This document shows, in pieces, positions 39,540-49,745 of a stretch of DNA of 64,000 bases. Both the position numbers and the translations under genes were made by a program. The stretch comes from Planctomycetota bacterium (lineage in GTDB: Bacteria > Planctomycetota > UBA1135 > UBA2386), in assembly GCA_965228735.1 (NCBI GenBank), contig OZ245838.1:5216001-5280000 (forward strand), in the 5' to 3' direction. Positions within the stretch are counted from its first letter, which is position 1. Each line of letters opens with the position of its first letter. The notes beneath the pieces were generated by a model. It was not told where the DNA came from, made no database searches, and saw nothing but the letters and a program-made list of their open reading frames with translations.

Positions 39540-40157
39540 ATGCGTGCCGTGCTGCTCATCTCGTCACTGCTCCTGCTCACGGCTTGCGCCGTTTTCGATG
39601 CGGGCTTCGAGCCGCTCTTCGCCCCGGGCTCGATGGCCGGCTGGCACAGCTCCCCGGGCGGCACGTGGGAATGGCGCGGTGACGTGCTCGTCGGCACGAG
39701 TCCGAAGAGCGAGCCGCGGCACGGCATCCTGATCAGCGATGCGCGCTACGGCGACTTCGAACTGCGCGTCGAGTTCCGCGTGTTGGCCGGCAACAGCGGG
39801 CTCTACTTCCGCGTCGACGAGGTCGGCGGGCGCGTGGCCGTGCGGGGGTTCCAGGCCGAGGTCGATACGACGATGGCGACGGGTGGCCTCTACGAGACCG
39901 GCGGCCGGGCGTGGGTGGTCAAACCGGATCCTGATCGCATGCGCATGGTCTACACGCCGGGCGAGTGGACGCGGATGCGGATCCGCGCGGTCGGGCGCGA
40001 CGTCGAGGTCTTCGTGAACGACGAGTCGACCGCGATCCTGCGTGACGACCCGGGGCGGCTCGAGGGTCACATCGGACTGCAGCTGCACGGCGGGCAGGAC
40101 ATGCACGTCGAGTTCCGCAACCTCGAACTGCAGACGATCGCCCCGCGGTCGGAGTAG
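39540..40157 (+). CDS. DUF1080 (3-keto-disaccharide hydrolase family) lipoprotein
   Basis: YGDFELRVEF, GNSGLYFR, TGGLY, GHIGLQLH, VEFRNL. Confidence 0.92.
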   Translation: MRAVLLISSLLLLTACAVFDAGFEPLFAPGSMAGWHSSPGGTWEWRGDVLVGTSPKSEPRHGILISDARYGDFELRVEFRVLAGNSGLYFRVDEVGGRVAVRGFQAEVDTTMATGGLYETGGRAWVVKPDPDRMRMVYTPGEWTRMRIRAVGRDVEVFVNDESTAILRDDPGRLEGHIGLQLHGGQDMHVEFRNLELQTIAPRSE

Positions 40158-40161
40158 CATC

Positions 40162-41268
40162 GTGGGTTGGCGCAAGAAGCTGGCTGCGACCGCGGGCGGA
40201 CTCGTCGTCGCATTGACTGCCGTCGAGGTCGGGCTCTGGATCGCCGATGTCCCGCGCTTCCATCGGGCGCATTCGGCGCCGGAGCAGTTCCGCTTCGTGC
40301 GGGAGCCCGACAGCGGGCGGTACTTCTGGGTCAACACGCCCGGGACCCGGATCGAGTTCGAGTACGACTCGGATCCGCGTGGCTACTTCGAACCCGGCAA
40401 CATCGTGCGCCACACGGTCAACGCCGAGGGGTTCCGCGGTGACGCGTTTCGGGCCCCGGCGCCGCGCACCCTGCGGCTCGCCTACTTCGGCGACTCCTTC
40501 ACGTTCGGCGAGGGGGTTCACGACGGCGATACGTTCGCCGAAGTCACAGCGCGTCTCCTCGACGAGCACTACGAACGGAGCGGCGTCCGGGTCGAGAGCT
40601 ACAACTTCGGCGTCAGCGGCTACAACACGCGCGACTGCCAGTTCCTGCTCGAGATCGTTGCTGCGCAGGCGAAGCCCCACGCCGTGGTCCTCTGCTACGT
40701 GCTCAACGATGCCGAGCCCGCGCTGTTTCGTATCGATCCGGCGCGACAGACCCCGGTGCGACGGTCGCGGGAACTCGAGGTCGCGGAAGGAAGCGACGAC
40801 CCGCGACCGCCCGACGATTCGATCTACTCGTTGCGGCTCGCTCGGCTGATGTGGCAAGTTGCCGCGAGCCGGGAACGCAGTCGGCGCACGATCGCGCACT
40901 ACCGCTACCTGTACGGCCCGACCGCTGCCGGCTGGCAGGCCACGCAGGACGCCTTGTCGAAGATGGGAGCGTTCCTCGGCGAGCGCGGGATCCGGTTCTA
41001 CGTGATGATCTTCCCGATCCTGTTCGAGCTGGATGGCGGCTATCCGTTCGAGGAACTGCACGAACTGGTCGCTGACCACGCCACGGCAAGTCGTGCCGGC
41101 GTGCTGGACTTGCTGCCGGCGTTCGCGCGCCACTCCGGGCCGGAGCTGTGGGTGCATCCCACGGATCAGCACCCGAACGAGCTGGCGCATGCGATCGCCG
41201 CGGAGCAGCTCGCTCGATTCCTGATCGCCGATGATGGCTTCGCTGAGGTCGTAGCCGCGCTGCGCTGA
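40162..41268 (+). CDS. SGNH/GDSL hydrolase family protein
   Basis: GDSFTFG, NFGVSGYN, YVLND, DQHPN. Confidence 0.88.
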   Translation: MGWRKKLAATAGGLVVALTAVEVGLWIADVPRFHRAHSAPEQFRFVREPDSGRYFWVNTPGTRIEFEYDSDPRGYFEPGNIVRHTVNAEGFRGDAFRAPAPRTLRLAYFGDSFTFGEGVHDGDTFAEVTARLLDEHYERSGVRVESYNFGVSGYNTRDCQFLLEIVAAQAKPHAVVLCYVLNDAEPALFRIDPARQTPVRRSRELEVAEGSDDPRPPDDSIYSLRLARLMWQVAASRERSRRTIAHYRYLYGPTAAGWQATQDALSKMGAFLGERGIRFYVMIFPILFELDGGYPFEELHELVADHATASRAGVLDLLPAFARHSGPELWVHPTDQHPNELAHAIAAEQLARFLIADDGFAEVVAALR

Positions 41269-41347
41269 TGTTGTCGAGGGGCTCTTCTGTGCGAGGCTCG
41301 GTGCTGGCCCGGGTCCTTCACGGGTGGGGCCAGCCCGGCGCGCAGGC

Positions 41348-43003
41348 TCACTGCCGCACGTACTGGCCCTTCGATCGATGCGGTCGCAACGGCCAGTCGT
41401 CGCTGCGGAACGGGTACGCCGGCAGTTCCTTGCCGTTCATCAACGAGCCGAGCGGCAGGTTCGACCACGCGTAGCGCACCGCGACCGGCTTCGGTACTTC
41501 GTCGCAGAACACCTCGACCATCGTCTTGTCGACGATGCGCGCGTCGGCGACGTGGAACTCGCGGTCTTCGCCGGCGAGGTAGAAGCCGAGGGCCCGGTCC
41601 TTGTCGAGTCGGAGCCCCTTGGCAGTCGGCTCCTCGAAGCGGACCCGCATGCGCCCGTTGTCCGTGACATCGATGCCGCCGTAGACCGGTCCGCGCCAGC
41701 GCAGCGGCTTCTTGTCGTGGCCCTGTTTGCCGTAGACCTCGGCGAGCGCCCAGCGCGCGGACCGTTCGCCGACGGGGCGTTTGTGGCCGGGGTGGATGTT
41801 GCCGTCGGAGTTGAGGTCGAACGTGACGATCAGGCCGGTGTTCGGCTTGCGGCGCCACGTGTCGAACTGGACCTCACGCACCACGTTGGTGTGGTGGTTC
41901 ATGTCGTAGGTCATCGTGCGACGGTTGCTCCAGCCGCCGATCTGGATCAGGCCCATCGGCAGGTCGTCGTCCGCGAAGAGCTCGCGCCAGGCGTCGACCA
42001 CCGCGGGGAACGTATCGGGGAACGGCCGATACATGTCGTCGAACGCGTTGTTCTCGCCCTGGTAGTAGAGCGCACCGCGCACGACGAGGCCGGCGAGCGG
42101 CGCGAGCATGCCGTCGTAGCCGCCGCCCGGGTGACGCTTGTGGCTCGGGTTCTCGAACGCCCGGCGGTTCGGGCGCCGCGGCTCCTTCTTGCCCGCGGCG
42201 TTGGCAGCTTCTTTCGCCTTCGTCCACTCCGCCATCGCCGCGTCGTAGCGTCGATCGGCGCCTTCCTGGCCGCCGCCCTCCATCCACTCGGCCATCGCCT
42301 TCTCGAAGCTCTCGAACATCGGCGCCACGCTCGGCATCTGCCGCAGCGTCGGCTTCGGCACCCAGAACTGTGCCGACGTGCCGCCCCACGCCACGTCGAT
42401 GATGCCGACCGGCACCTGGAGATGCCGCCGCAGTCGCTGCGCGAAGTAGTAGCCGACGCCAGTGCAGTCGACGACCGAGTCCGGGTCGATCGCGCGCCAG
42501 CTCTTGCCCTTGCCGCCGTGCTCGGGGCGCACGTAGTCGCGCCGCGGCGCACCGCGCGCTTCGTTCGGCAACCGCACGAAGCGGAGCAGCGGGTCGTTCG
42601 CGCACGCGATCTCGAGATCGGCGTCGCGCGTGCCGCGCACCGTCCACCGCATGTTGCTCTGGCCGCCGCAGATCCAGACCTCGCCGACGAGGACGTCGTC
42701 GAGGGTGAAGGTTCGTTCGCCGAGCGCCAGCGTGAGCGCGCGCCCCTCCGCGTTTGCCGGCATCGGGTCGAGCGTGACGGACCAACGGCCGTCGTCGTCG
42801 ACCTCGGCGCGGTGCTCCTGCTCGGCGAAGCGGACGATCGCCGGCTGGCCGCCGAGGCCGAAGCCCCACACCCGCACCGGACGCTGCTGCTGCAGCACCA
42901 TGTGACTGTCGAACACGCGGGCAAAGCCGGGTTCTTGTGCGACGGCCGGGGTCGCAGCGAGGGCGAGCGGCCAGGCGAGCATGGCGAAGGCGAGGTGACG
43001 CAT
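41348..43003 (-). CDS. Sialate O-acetylesterase family protein
   Basis: SHMVLQ, GEVWICGGQSNM, WGGT, YYQGENN, IHP..K, VRYAW. Confidence 0.92.
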   Translation of the reverse strand: MRHLAFAMLAWPLALAATPAVAQEPGFARVFDSHMVLQQQRPVRVWGFGLGGQPAIVRFAEQEHRAEVDDDGRWSVTLDPMPANAEGRALTLALGERTFTLDDVLVGEVWICGGQSNMRWTVRGTRDADLEIACANDPLLRFVRLPNEARGAPRRDYVRPEHGGKGKSWRAIDPDSVVDCTGVGYYFAQRLRRHLQVPVGIIDVAWGGTSAQFWVPKPTLRQMPSVAPMFESFEKAMAEWMEGGGQEGADRRYDAAMAEWTKAKEAANAAGKKEPRRPNRRAFENPSHKRHPGGGYDGMLAPLAGLVVRGALYYQGENNAFDDMYRPFPDTFPAVVDAWRELFADDDLPMGLIQIGGWSNRRTMTYDMNHHTNVVREVQFDTWRRKPNTGLIVTFDLNSDGNIHPGHKRPVGERSARWALAEVYGKQGHDKKPLRWRGPVYGGIDVTDNGRMRVRFEEPTAKGLRLDKDRALGFYLAGEDREFHVADARIVDKTMVEVFCDEVPKPVAVRYAWSNLPLGSLMNGKELPAYPFRSDDWPLRPHRSKGQYVRQ

Positions 43004-43140
43004 GGCCGCGCAGCTTACGGACGGCAGGGCCGAATCGGGCACCTCGGTAGAGCGCCCGCATCGAGGGGCCGATTCGACCGTGGCTTTCGTGTCCGCCAGT
43101 TCGCCGGTTCTGCGCCTCACGGGGGGGGGCTGCCAACGTC

Positions 43141-43431
43141 GACCCGCTGCCGAGCATCACGCGCGACGAACTCGCCGAGTGGCAGGCCGCGGACCGCGAC
43201 TTCGTCCTGCTCGACGTGCGCGCCCGGCACGAACGGATCGCGGGTTCACTCGACGACGACGTGCTCCAGATCCCGATCGACGAGCTCGAGGACGAGGTCG
43301 ACGACCTCGATCCCGACCGGTGCTACGTCGTGCAGTGCGTCTCGGGGCTCTACTCCCGACAGGCCGTCCGCGAGCTGACCGACGCCGGGGTCCACGAGGT
43401 CTACAACCTCGCCGGCGGCGTCGGGCGGTGA
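43141..43431 (+). CDS. Rhodanese-like domain; start unclear, possibly frameshifted at a G9 tract
   Basis: PSITRDEL...LLDVR...IPIDEL...VVQCVSGLYS...YNLAGG. Confidence 0.6.
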   Translation, partial: DPLPSITRDELAEWQAADRDFVLLDVRARHERIAGSLDDDVLQIPIDELEDEVDDLDPDRCYVVQCVSGLYSRQAVRELTDAGVHEVYNLAGGVGR

Positions 43432-43483
43432 GGACACGATCGCCAGCTGCCAACGCGCGGGCCTTTCCCGTATCGTGCCCTGC

Positions 43484-43753
43484 ATGAGTGGATACCAGCC
43501 GCAGGCCCGCGACACGACGTTCGCCGTGGACGAACTGGTCTTCGACGGGTTCCGCCGAATGAGCCCAGCGGAGCGCCTCGAACTCGCGGCGGCCGCGAGC
43601 CGCTCGGTCGAGCGGCTCGCGATCGCTGGATTGCGCCGGCGATTCCCTGAGGCTTCGGATGACGAGCTGCGACGTCGAGCCGGGGCCCTGCGACTCGGGC
43701 CAGATCTCACGCGTCGAGCGTTCGGCGAGGCCGCGGAGGCCTGGCTCGAGTGA
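43484..43753 (+). CDS. Small hypothetical protein
   Basis: DT....RRMSPAERL...GLRRRFPEASDDEL...RLG, a pattern recalled from small proteins often encoded upstream of nucleotidyltransferases. Confidence 0.65.
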   Translation: MSGYQPQARDTTFAVDELVFDGFRRMSPAERLELAAAASRSVERLAIAGLRRRFPEASDDELRRRAGALRLGPDLTRRAFGEAAEAWLE

Positions 43754-43860
43754 GCGCGACGGGTTTGCGGGTGCGGGTTGACGAGTTCTACAGCCTCGCC
43801 CGCGGCGTCGGGCGGTAGTCCGGACTGGAATGCTTGCGCCTTCGCGCGACGATCCGGCGC

Positions 43861-44277
43861 ATGGACCTGCCGGATCGTTTGCTGCGGCACCCAACGGCGG
43901 CGGCGATCGACAGCCTCGCCCGTCGCTTCAAACTGCCGAGCACTCCCACGATGCAGGACTGGGAGTACCAGGTCGCGGACTCTGAGCGGATCGATGAGTT
44001 CTGGGCGGCCTACACCAGCGGCGAGCTGTCGGATGACGAACTGTTCGTCCTCATGGAGACGTTGATCGAGAGCTTCAACCTGCTCCCGGATGATCCCGAA
44101 CGCGATGCCCGATGGCCGAATGTCCTGGCGGCGTTGGATCGCGGTATCCATCGCCACTTCTGCACGGTTTGGTACTGGTCCTGTGTCGGCGAGGATGACT
44201 CTGGCAACTGGTTTCGGACCACGCGGAGCATCCGCGAGGTCCTGGCTCGACATCGTGATGGTTTCGTGGACGCCTGA
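43861..44277 (+). CDS. Hypothetical protein
   Basis: 138 aa with MQDWEY..AD and TVWYWSC; protein-like composition. Confidence 0.65.
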   Translation: MDLPDRLLRHPTAAAIDSLARRFKLPSTPTMQDWEYQVADSERIDEFWAAYTSGELSDDELFVLMETLIESFNLLPDDPERDARWPNVLAALDRGIHRHFCTVWYWSCVGEDDSGNWFRTTRSIREVLARHRDGFVDA

Positions 44278-44539
44278 GATGGCTCGGCCGGCTGCCGGGC
44301 GCTGAGGTTGCCGCCTGCTGCCGGAGTCAGCGAGAACGGCGTTCGTCTAGCGTGAGGACGGCGATCCGGAGAAGCATCGGGAGACCTTCGACGGGAGAGC
44401 CGTGGAGCTGGCCACGTTTCCGGCGTTCGTGACCGAGAGTTCGCTGGCGAGTGGGCCCGGCCTGGACTACGACAGCCGGCCGCTTCCGATCTGCGGGCCG
44501 GCCCTCGCCGCCCGGCCGGGGGCCGAGCAGGATCCCACG

Positions 44540-44719
44540 ATGAAGGACCGTTTCGAACGCCATCGCCAGCCCTGGACGCCCGCCGAGATTCAGAAGCTCC
44601 ATCAGCTCGTCGAGAAGGGCATGAGTCTGAAGGCGATCAGCAAGTCGATGACGCGCAGTGAGGAGTCGATCAAGGCGAGAGCGAAGATCGACAAGTTGAA
44701 GATCGCGAAGAAGCGCTGA
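44540..44719 (+). CDS. Small basic HTH/Myb-like protein
   Basis: PWTPAEIQKL...GMSLKAISKSMTRSEESIKARA; directly upstream of the UvrA-like gene. Confidence 0.7.
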   Translation: MKDRFERHRQPWTPAEIQKLHQLVEKGMSLKAISKSMTRSEESIKARAKIDKLKIAKKR

Positions 44720-44742
44720 CCTCGGCGACTGCCGACGCCGCT

Positions 44743-47700
44743 GTGGCTCACATCCGGCTCGAGAACGTCCGCACGCACAACCTCGACGATGTCACGGTCG
44801 AGGTGCCGCACGGTGCGCTGACGGTCGTCACCGGGGTGTCGGGCAGCGGCAAGTCGTCGCTCGCGTTCGACACGCTGCACGCCGTCGCTGAGCGGCGCTA
44901 CTTCGAGACGCTGTCGAGCCACGGGCGGCGCTTCCTGCAGCGGGTGCCCGAACCGGAGGTCGGCCGGGTCGATCGGGTCTCGCCGTCCATCGCGCTGTCG
45001 CAACGGGTCGGGTCCTCCGATCCGCGGTCGACCGTCGGCACGCTGTCCGGCGTGCACGATCTGCTGCGGGTCGTCTACGCCGAGGCGACGGGGCGCGAAC
45101 CCCGCGACTTCTCGTTCGTGACCGCGGGGGCGTGCCCCGGGTGCAACGGCTCCGGCAGTCGCGACGAGGTCGCGCGTGAGCTGCTGATCGCCGATCCGGC
45201 GAAGACGCTGCGCGCCGGGGCGCTCGTGCCGACGACGAAGTCGGGCTACATCGTCTACAGCCAGGTCACGATCGACGTGCTCGATGACGTGTGCCGCGCG
45301 CACGGCTTCGACGTCGACACGCCGTGGCAGGAGTTGACGCGCGAGCAGCAGGACGTCGTGTTCTTCGGTTCGGATCGCCGCGAGGTGCCGTTCGGCAAGC
45401 ACACGCTCGAGTCGCGGATGCGGTGGGAGGGCATCAAGGCCAAGCCGCGCGAACTCGGCCACTACAAGGGCCTGATCCCGACGATCGCGGAGACCCTGAA
45501 GCGCAACCGCAACGAGAATGCGCTGCGCTTCGCGCGGTCGGTGCCGTGCCCTGCGTGCGGCGGTTGTCGGCTCGACGAACGGGCGCGAACGGCGACGGTC
45601 GACGGGCTTGCGCTCCAGGAGTTGCTGACGGGCGAACTCCGCGACATCGCGGATTGGGCCGAGCGCCGCGGCGGCGCGTTGGTCCGTCGCGTCGATGCGA
45701 TGCTGCGCCTCGGTCTCGGTTACCTGCCGCTCGCACGCGCGACCCCGTCGCTGTCGGGCGGCGAGTTCCAGCGCGTTCGGCTCGCGGCGATCGCGACGAC
45801 CGGGATGACGGGTGTGCTGTTCGTGTTCGACGAACCGTCGGTCGGGCTGCATGCGACGGAGGAACGCGCGGTGCTCGAGCTGCTCGCCGCGCTTCGCGAC
45901 GAAGGCAACACGGTCGTCGTCGTCGAACACAGCGAGCTCGCGGTCGCGGCCGCCGATCACGTGATCCAGGTCGGGCCCGGCGCTGGCGTGCACGGTGGGC
46001 GGATCGTCGCTGCCGGGCCGCCCGCCGAGGTCGCGCCGGTCGTGGCGCGCGCGCCGATGCGACGGCGACTCGCGGTCGAGCCGGACGCGAACACGCTCGT
46101 CGTCGAGGGGGCGTGCGCCCGCAACCTGCGTGACATCGACGTGTCGATCCCGCACGGCCGACTGACGGTGATCGCGGGCGTCGCGGGCGCGGGCAAGTCG
46201 ACGTTCCTCCACGACGTGCTCGCCGATCTCGTGCGGCGGCGCCTCGCCGGCGCGCCCGTCGGCGAGGCGCCGCCGGCGCGCGCCATTCGCGGCTTCGAGC
46301 ACCTGCGGCAGGTGATCGAGGTGGATCAATCGCCGATCGGCCGGTCGCCGCGCAGCAACCCGGCGACCTATACCGGGCTGTTCGACGTGATCCGCCGGCT
46401 GTTCGCGGCCGAGGCGGCGGCGAAGGAGCGCGGTTTCGACGCGTCGACGTTCTCGTTCAACTCCAAGGCCGGCGGCCGCTGTCCCGAGTGCGAGGGGGCC
46501 GGCTTCGAGGTCGTCGGCATGCACGGCCTGCCCGACGTCGAGCTCGCGTGCGCTGTCTGCGCGGGGCGGCGGTTTCGCGACGACGTGCTCGAGGTGCGTT
46601 GCGGCTCGTTGCCGTCGGCGCCGACGATTCTTGAGGTGCTCGACGCGACGATCGACACCGCGCTCGGCTGGGTGCGCGAAGCGATCGGCAGTGGCGGCGA
46701 CCCGAAGTTGAAGAAGGCGTTGTCGGTCCTCGAGGCGCTCGAACGCGTCGGGCTCGGGTACCTGACCCTGGGACAACGCGCGACTTCGTTGTCCGGTGGC
46801 GAAGCGCAGCGCGTGCGGCTCGCCGGCGAGATCGCGAAGACCGCGCGGAGTCAGCGCGCGTTGTTCGTGCTCGACGAGCCGACGGTCGGGCTGCATCGCG
46901 ACGACGTGGCGCGGCTCGTCGTGGCCCTCGACACGCTGGTGCAGGCGGGCCACACGGTGGTCGTCGTCGAGCACGACCTCGACGTGCTCGACGCTGCGGA
47001 TCACGTGATCGAGCTCGGGCCCGAGGCCGGGAGCCGCGGCGGGAGGCTGTGCGCGGTCGGCACGGCGGACGACATCGTTCGCGCGGATACGCCGACAGGT
47101 CGGGCCCTTCGAGAACGGGGCGCCGGGCTCGATCGGTCGTCGAGGGTCGGTGACGGGAGCGCCGGTGCGGCGCGCGCGACGACGCTCACGGGGGTCGCCA
47201 CCAACAACCTCGCGGGCTTCGACGTCACCTTTCCTGCGCGAGCGTGGACGGTCGTCACCGGCGTGTCGGGCAGCGGCAAGAGCTCGCTCGTCTACGACAC
47301 GCTGCACGGCGCGTCGCGCGCACGGTTTGCGGAGCACCTGTCACGGCATGCACGGCAGCAGCTCGGCAGCTCGTTGTCGCCGTGGCTCGCTACCGCGGTG
47401 CAAGGCCTGCGGCCGACGATCGCGCTCGAGCAGCGCGCGGGCCCGGCGGTTGCGGACCGGCGCGCGACCGTCGCGACCTCGGCCGGTCTGCACCCGCTCC
47501 TGCGCACGTTGTGGTCCCGCGTCGTCGCCGGGGACGACGGCCGCGCGGTGCCGGCAGCGACGTTCTCGTTCTTTCGCCGCGAAGGCGCGTGCGCGGGCTG
47601 CAGCGGTGCGGGCACGACGTTGCGGTGCGTGCCGGATCGCCTCATCGCCGATCCGACGAAGCCGCTGTTTCGCGGCGCGCTCGACCGTTCGCACAAGTCG

Positions 47701-49653
47701 ATCCGCTACTACGCGGACGAGAACGGGCGTTACCACGCGATCGTGCGGTCGATCGGCGCGCGGCACGGCGTCGACTTCGATCGGCCGTGGAACGAGGTCC
47801 CGGCAGCCGGGCGCATGCTCGCGATGCGCGGCTGCGGCGACGCGGAGCTCGATGTCGTCTGGGACCACGCAGTTGCGGGCGAGGACGGCGGCGATCAGCC
47901 ACATCGCTGGACCCAGACGTTCGACGGTCTCGCTGGCGAGATCGATCGTGAGTACGCGCGCAAGGTCGCGGATGGTCGGGGGCACACGCTCGAGTCGTTG
48001 CTCGGCCCCGAGCCTTGTCCGGTGTGCAACGGCGACCGGCTCGCGGAGCCCGGCCGGTCGATCGCGATCGGTGGCGTGACGTTGCCCACGCTGTGCCGGT
48101 CGACGATCGCGGAGGTCGCGGACCGGCTCGACGCCCTCGTGCCCGCCGATCATCCGCGGCGCGCGCTCGCCGACGTCGTGCTGCCGGAGCTGCGGCGCGG
48201 TCTCGAGCGGCTCGCGGGGCTCGGGCTCGGGCACCTCGCGCTCGATCGCGCGACGGACTCGCTGTCGGTCGGCGAACGGCAGCGACTGCGCCTTGCGCGC
48301 CAGCTGGCGGCGCCGCTCCACGGCGTCACCTACGTGCTCGACGAACCGTCGACCGGACTGCATCCGAAGGACACGGCGATCCTGATCGAAGCGCTGCGCG
48401 ACCTCGTGCGTTCGGGCAACCATGTGGTGACCGTCGAACACGATCCGGACGTCGTCGCGGCGGCCGATCACGTCATCGAGATCGGGCCGGATGCGGGCGC
48501 TGGTGGCGGTCAGCTCGTCGCGGCGGGCTCGCCTGAGCAGCTGCGCCGCGAGCCCGACGCGTCGCGAACGGGCCGGGTCCTGGCTTCGCGAACGCGACTC
48601 GTTCCGAAGGGCGCGGAGACCGCGGTGCGGAGCGCGAACGGGCGATTGACGGTGCGCGGTGCCGATCTGCGCTACCTCGACGGCCTCGATGTCACGATTC
48701 CGCTCGGTGCCGTTACGGCGGTCGCGGGGGTCTCGGGCAGCGGCAAGTCGACGTTCGTTCTCGAGGTCCTCGCGGCGTCGCTGCGCGCCGGCCGCCCGAT
48801 CGGGTGTAGCGCGATCGAGGGTGCGGATCCGATCGACCGCGTCGTGGTCGATACGGGCGCCCGCTCCGCGCGATCGCGGCGCCAGTGCCCGGCGGCGCTG
48901 CTCGGCGTTCTCGAGCCGATCCGCCAGGTGTTCGCGGCGACCGCCGCGGCGCGGACGAAGCGTTGGCGCGCGACCTGGTTCGGTTGGGACGGCAAGACGA
49001 CGGGGGCGTGCAAGGAATGCGGCGGTCTCGGGCGCGTCGCCACCGGCTTCGGTGGGCTCGACCTGCTCGGGGGTGCCACGCTCGTGCCGTGCGAGGCGTG
49101 CGGTGGCCGGCGGTTCGAGGCCGAGACGCTCGCGGTCCGCGCGTTCGGCGGTCTGTCGATCGCCGACGTGCTGGCGATGTCGATCGACGGGTTCCGCGCG
49201 CACCTCGCCGCCACGACCGAGCCGTCCGCGGCGATCACCGCGCCGCTCGAGACCGCGGCGCGGGTCGGGCTCGGCTATCTGCGTCTCGGCCAGGGCGCCG
49301 ACACCTTGTCGGGCGGCGAGGCGCAACGGCTCGAACTCGCGACCCACCTCGATGGCGACAGCTCTTCGACGACGCTCTACGTGCTGGACGAACCGACCCG
49401 CGGTCTGCACCCGGACGACGTGGAGCAGCTGCTGGACGTGATCGACGGCCTCGCCGATCGTGGCCATACGGTCGTCGTGATCGAGCACGACCTCGCCGTC
49501 ATCGCGGCCGCCGATCACGTGATCGAGCTCGGGCCGGGTGCCGGGCCCGACGGTGGGCGTGTGCAGTTCGTGGGTCCGCCGGCCGAGCTCGCCGCGGCGG
49601 GAACGGTCACAGGGGTCGAGCTCCGTCGCGGCGTGGGCGCCGAGAATCCCTGA
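44743..49653 (+). CDS. uvrA: Double-length UvrA-family ABC ATPase (four NBDs)
   Basis: Four Walker A motifs (GVSGSGKS x3, GVAGAGKS), four signatures (LSGGE x3, LSVGE), CxxC Zn modules, SPRSNPATY. Confidence 0.88.
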   Translation: MAHIRLENVRTHNLDDVTVEVPHGALTVVTGVSGSGKSSLAFDTLHAVAERRYFETLSSHGRRFLQRVPEPEVGRVDRVSPSIALSQRVGSSDPRSTVGTLSGVHDLLRVVYAEATGREPRDFSFVTAGACPGCNGSGSRDEVARELLIADPAKTLRAGALVPTTKSGYIVYSQVTIDVLDDVCRAHGFDVDTPWQELTREQQDVVFFGSDRREVPFGKHTLESRMRWEGIKAKPRELGHYKGLIPTIAETLKRNRNENALRFARSVPCPACGGCRLDERARTATVDGLALQELLTGELRDIADWAERRGGALVRRVDAMLRLGLGYLPLARATPSLSGGEFQRVRLAAIATTGMTGVLFVFDEPSVGLHATEERAVLELLAALRDEGNTVVVVEHSELAVAAADHVIQVGPGAGVHGGRIVAAGPPAEVAPVVARAPMRRRLAVEPDANTLVVEGACARNLRDIDVSIPHGRLTVIAGVAGAGKSTFLHDVLADLVRRRLAGAPVGEAPPARAIRGFEHLRQVIEVDQSPIGRSPRSNPATYTGLFDVIRRLFAAEAAAKERGFDASTFSFNSKAGGRCPECEGAGFEVVGMHGLPDVELACAVCAGRRFRDDVLEVRCGSLPSAPTILEVLDATIDTALGWVREAIGSGGDPKLKKALSVLEALERVGLGYLTLGQRATSLSGGEAQRVRLAGEIAKTARSQRALFVLDEPTVGLHRDDVARLVVALDTLVQAGHTVVVVEHDLDVLDAADHVIELGPEAGSRGGRLCAVGTADDIVRADTPTGRALRERGAGLDRSSRVGDGSAGAARATTLTGVATNNLAGFDVTFPARAWTVVTGVSGSGKSSLVYDTLHGASRARFAEHLSRHARQQLGSSLSPWLATAVQGLRPTIALEQRAGPAVADRRATVATSAGLHPLLRTLWSRVVAGDDGRAVPAATFSFFRREGACAGCSGAGTTLRCVPDRLIADPTKPLFRGALDRSHKSIRYYADENGRYHAIVRSIGARHGVDFDRPWNEVPAAGRMLAMRGCGDAELDVVWDHAVAGEDGGDQPHRWTQTFDGLAGEIDREYARKVADGRGHTLESLLGPEPCPVCNGDRLAEPGRSIAIGGVTLPTLCRSTIAEVADRLDALVPADHPRRALADVVLPELRRGLERLAGLGLGHLALDRATDSLSVGERQRLRLARQLAAPLHGVTYVLDEPSTGLHPKDTAILIEALRDLVRSGNHVVTVEHDPDVVAAADHVIEIGPDAGAGGGQLVAAGSPEQLRREPDASRTGRVLASRTRLVPKGAETAVRSANGRLTVRGADLRYLDGLDVTIPLGAVTAVAGVSGSGKSTFVLEVLAASLRAGRPIGCSAIEGADPIDRVVVDTGARSARSRRQCPAALLGVLEPIRQVFAATAAARTKRWRATWFGWDGKTTGACKECGGLGRVATGFGGLDLLGGATLVPCEACGGRRFEAETLAVRAFGGLSIADVLAMSIDGFRAHLAATTEPSAAITAPLETAARVGLGYLRLGQGADTLSGGEAQRLELATHLDGDSSSTTLYVLDEPTRGLHPDDVEQLLDVIDGLADRGHTVVVIEHDLAVIAAADHVIELGPGAGPDGGRVQFVGPPAELAAAGTVTGVELRRGVGAENP

Positions 49654-49658
49654 ACGGT

Positions 49659-49685
49659 TGTCACACGGCTCGCGTCACCCTCGTC
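49659..49685 (+). promoter_or_regulatory. ECF41-type promoter TGTCACA-N16-CGTC
   Basis: TGTCACA at 49659-49665, 16-bp spacer, CGTC at 49682-49685, upstream of the CMD/ECF41 pair. Confidence 0.8.
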
Positions 49686-49745
49686 GTTCCTGTGCTGGCC
49701 CACGAGCCAGCGACCCGAGTGAGTCAGCGACCCCCGGAGACGACA

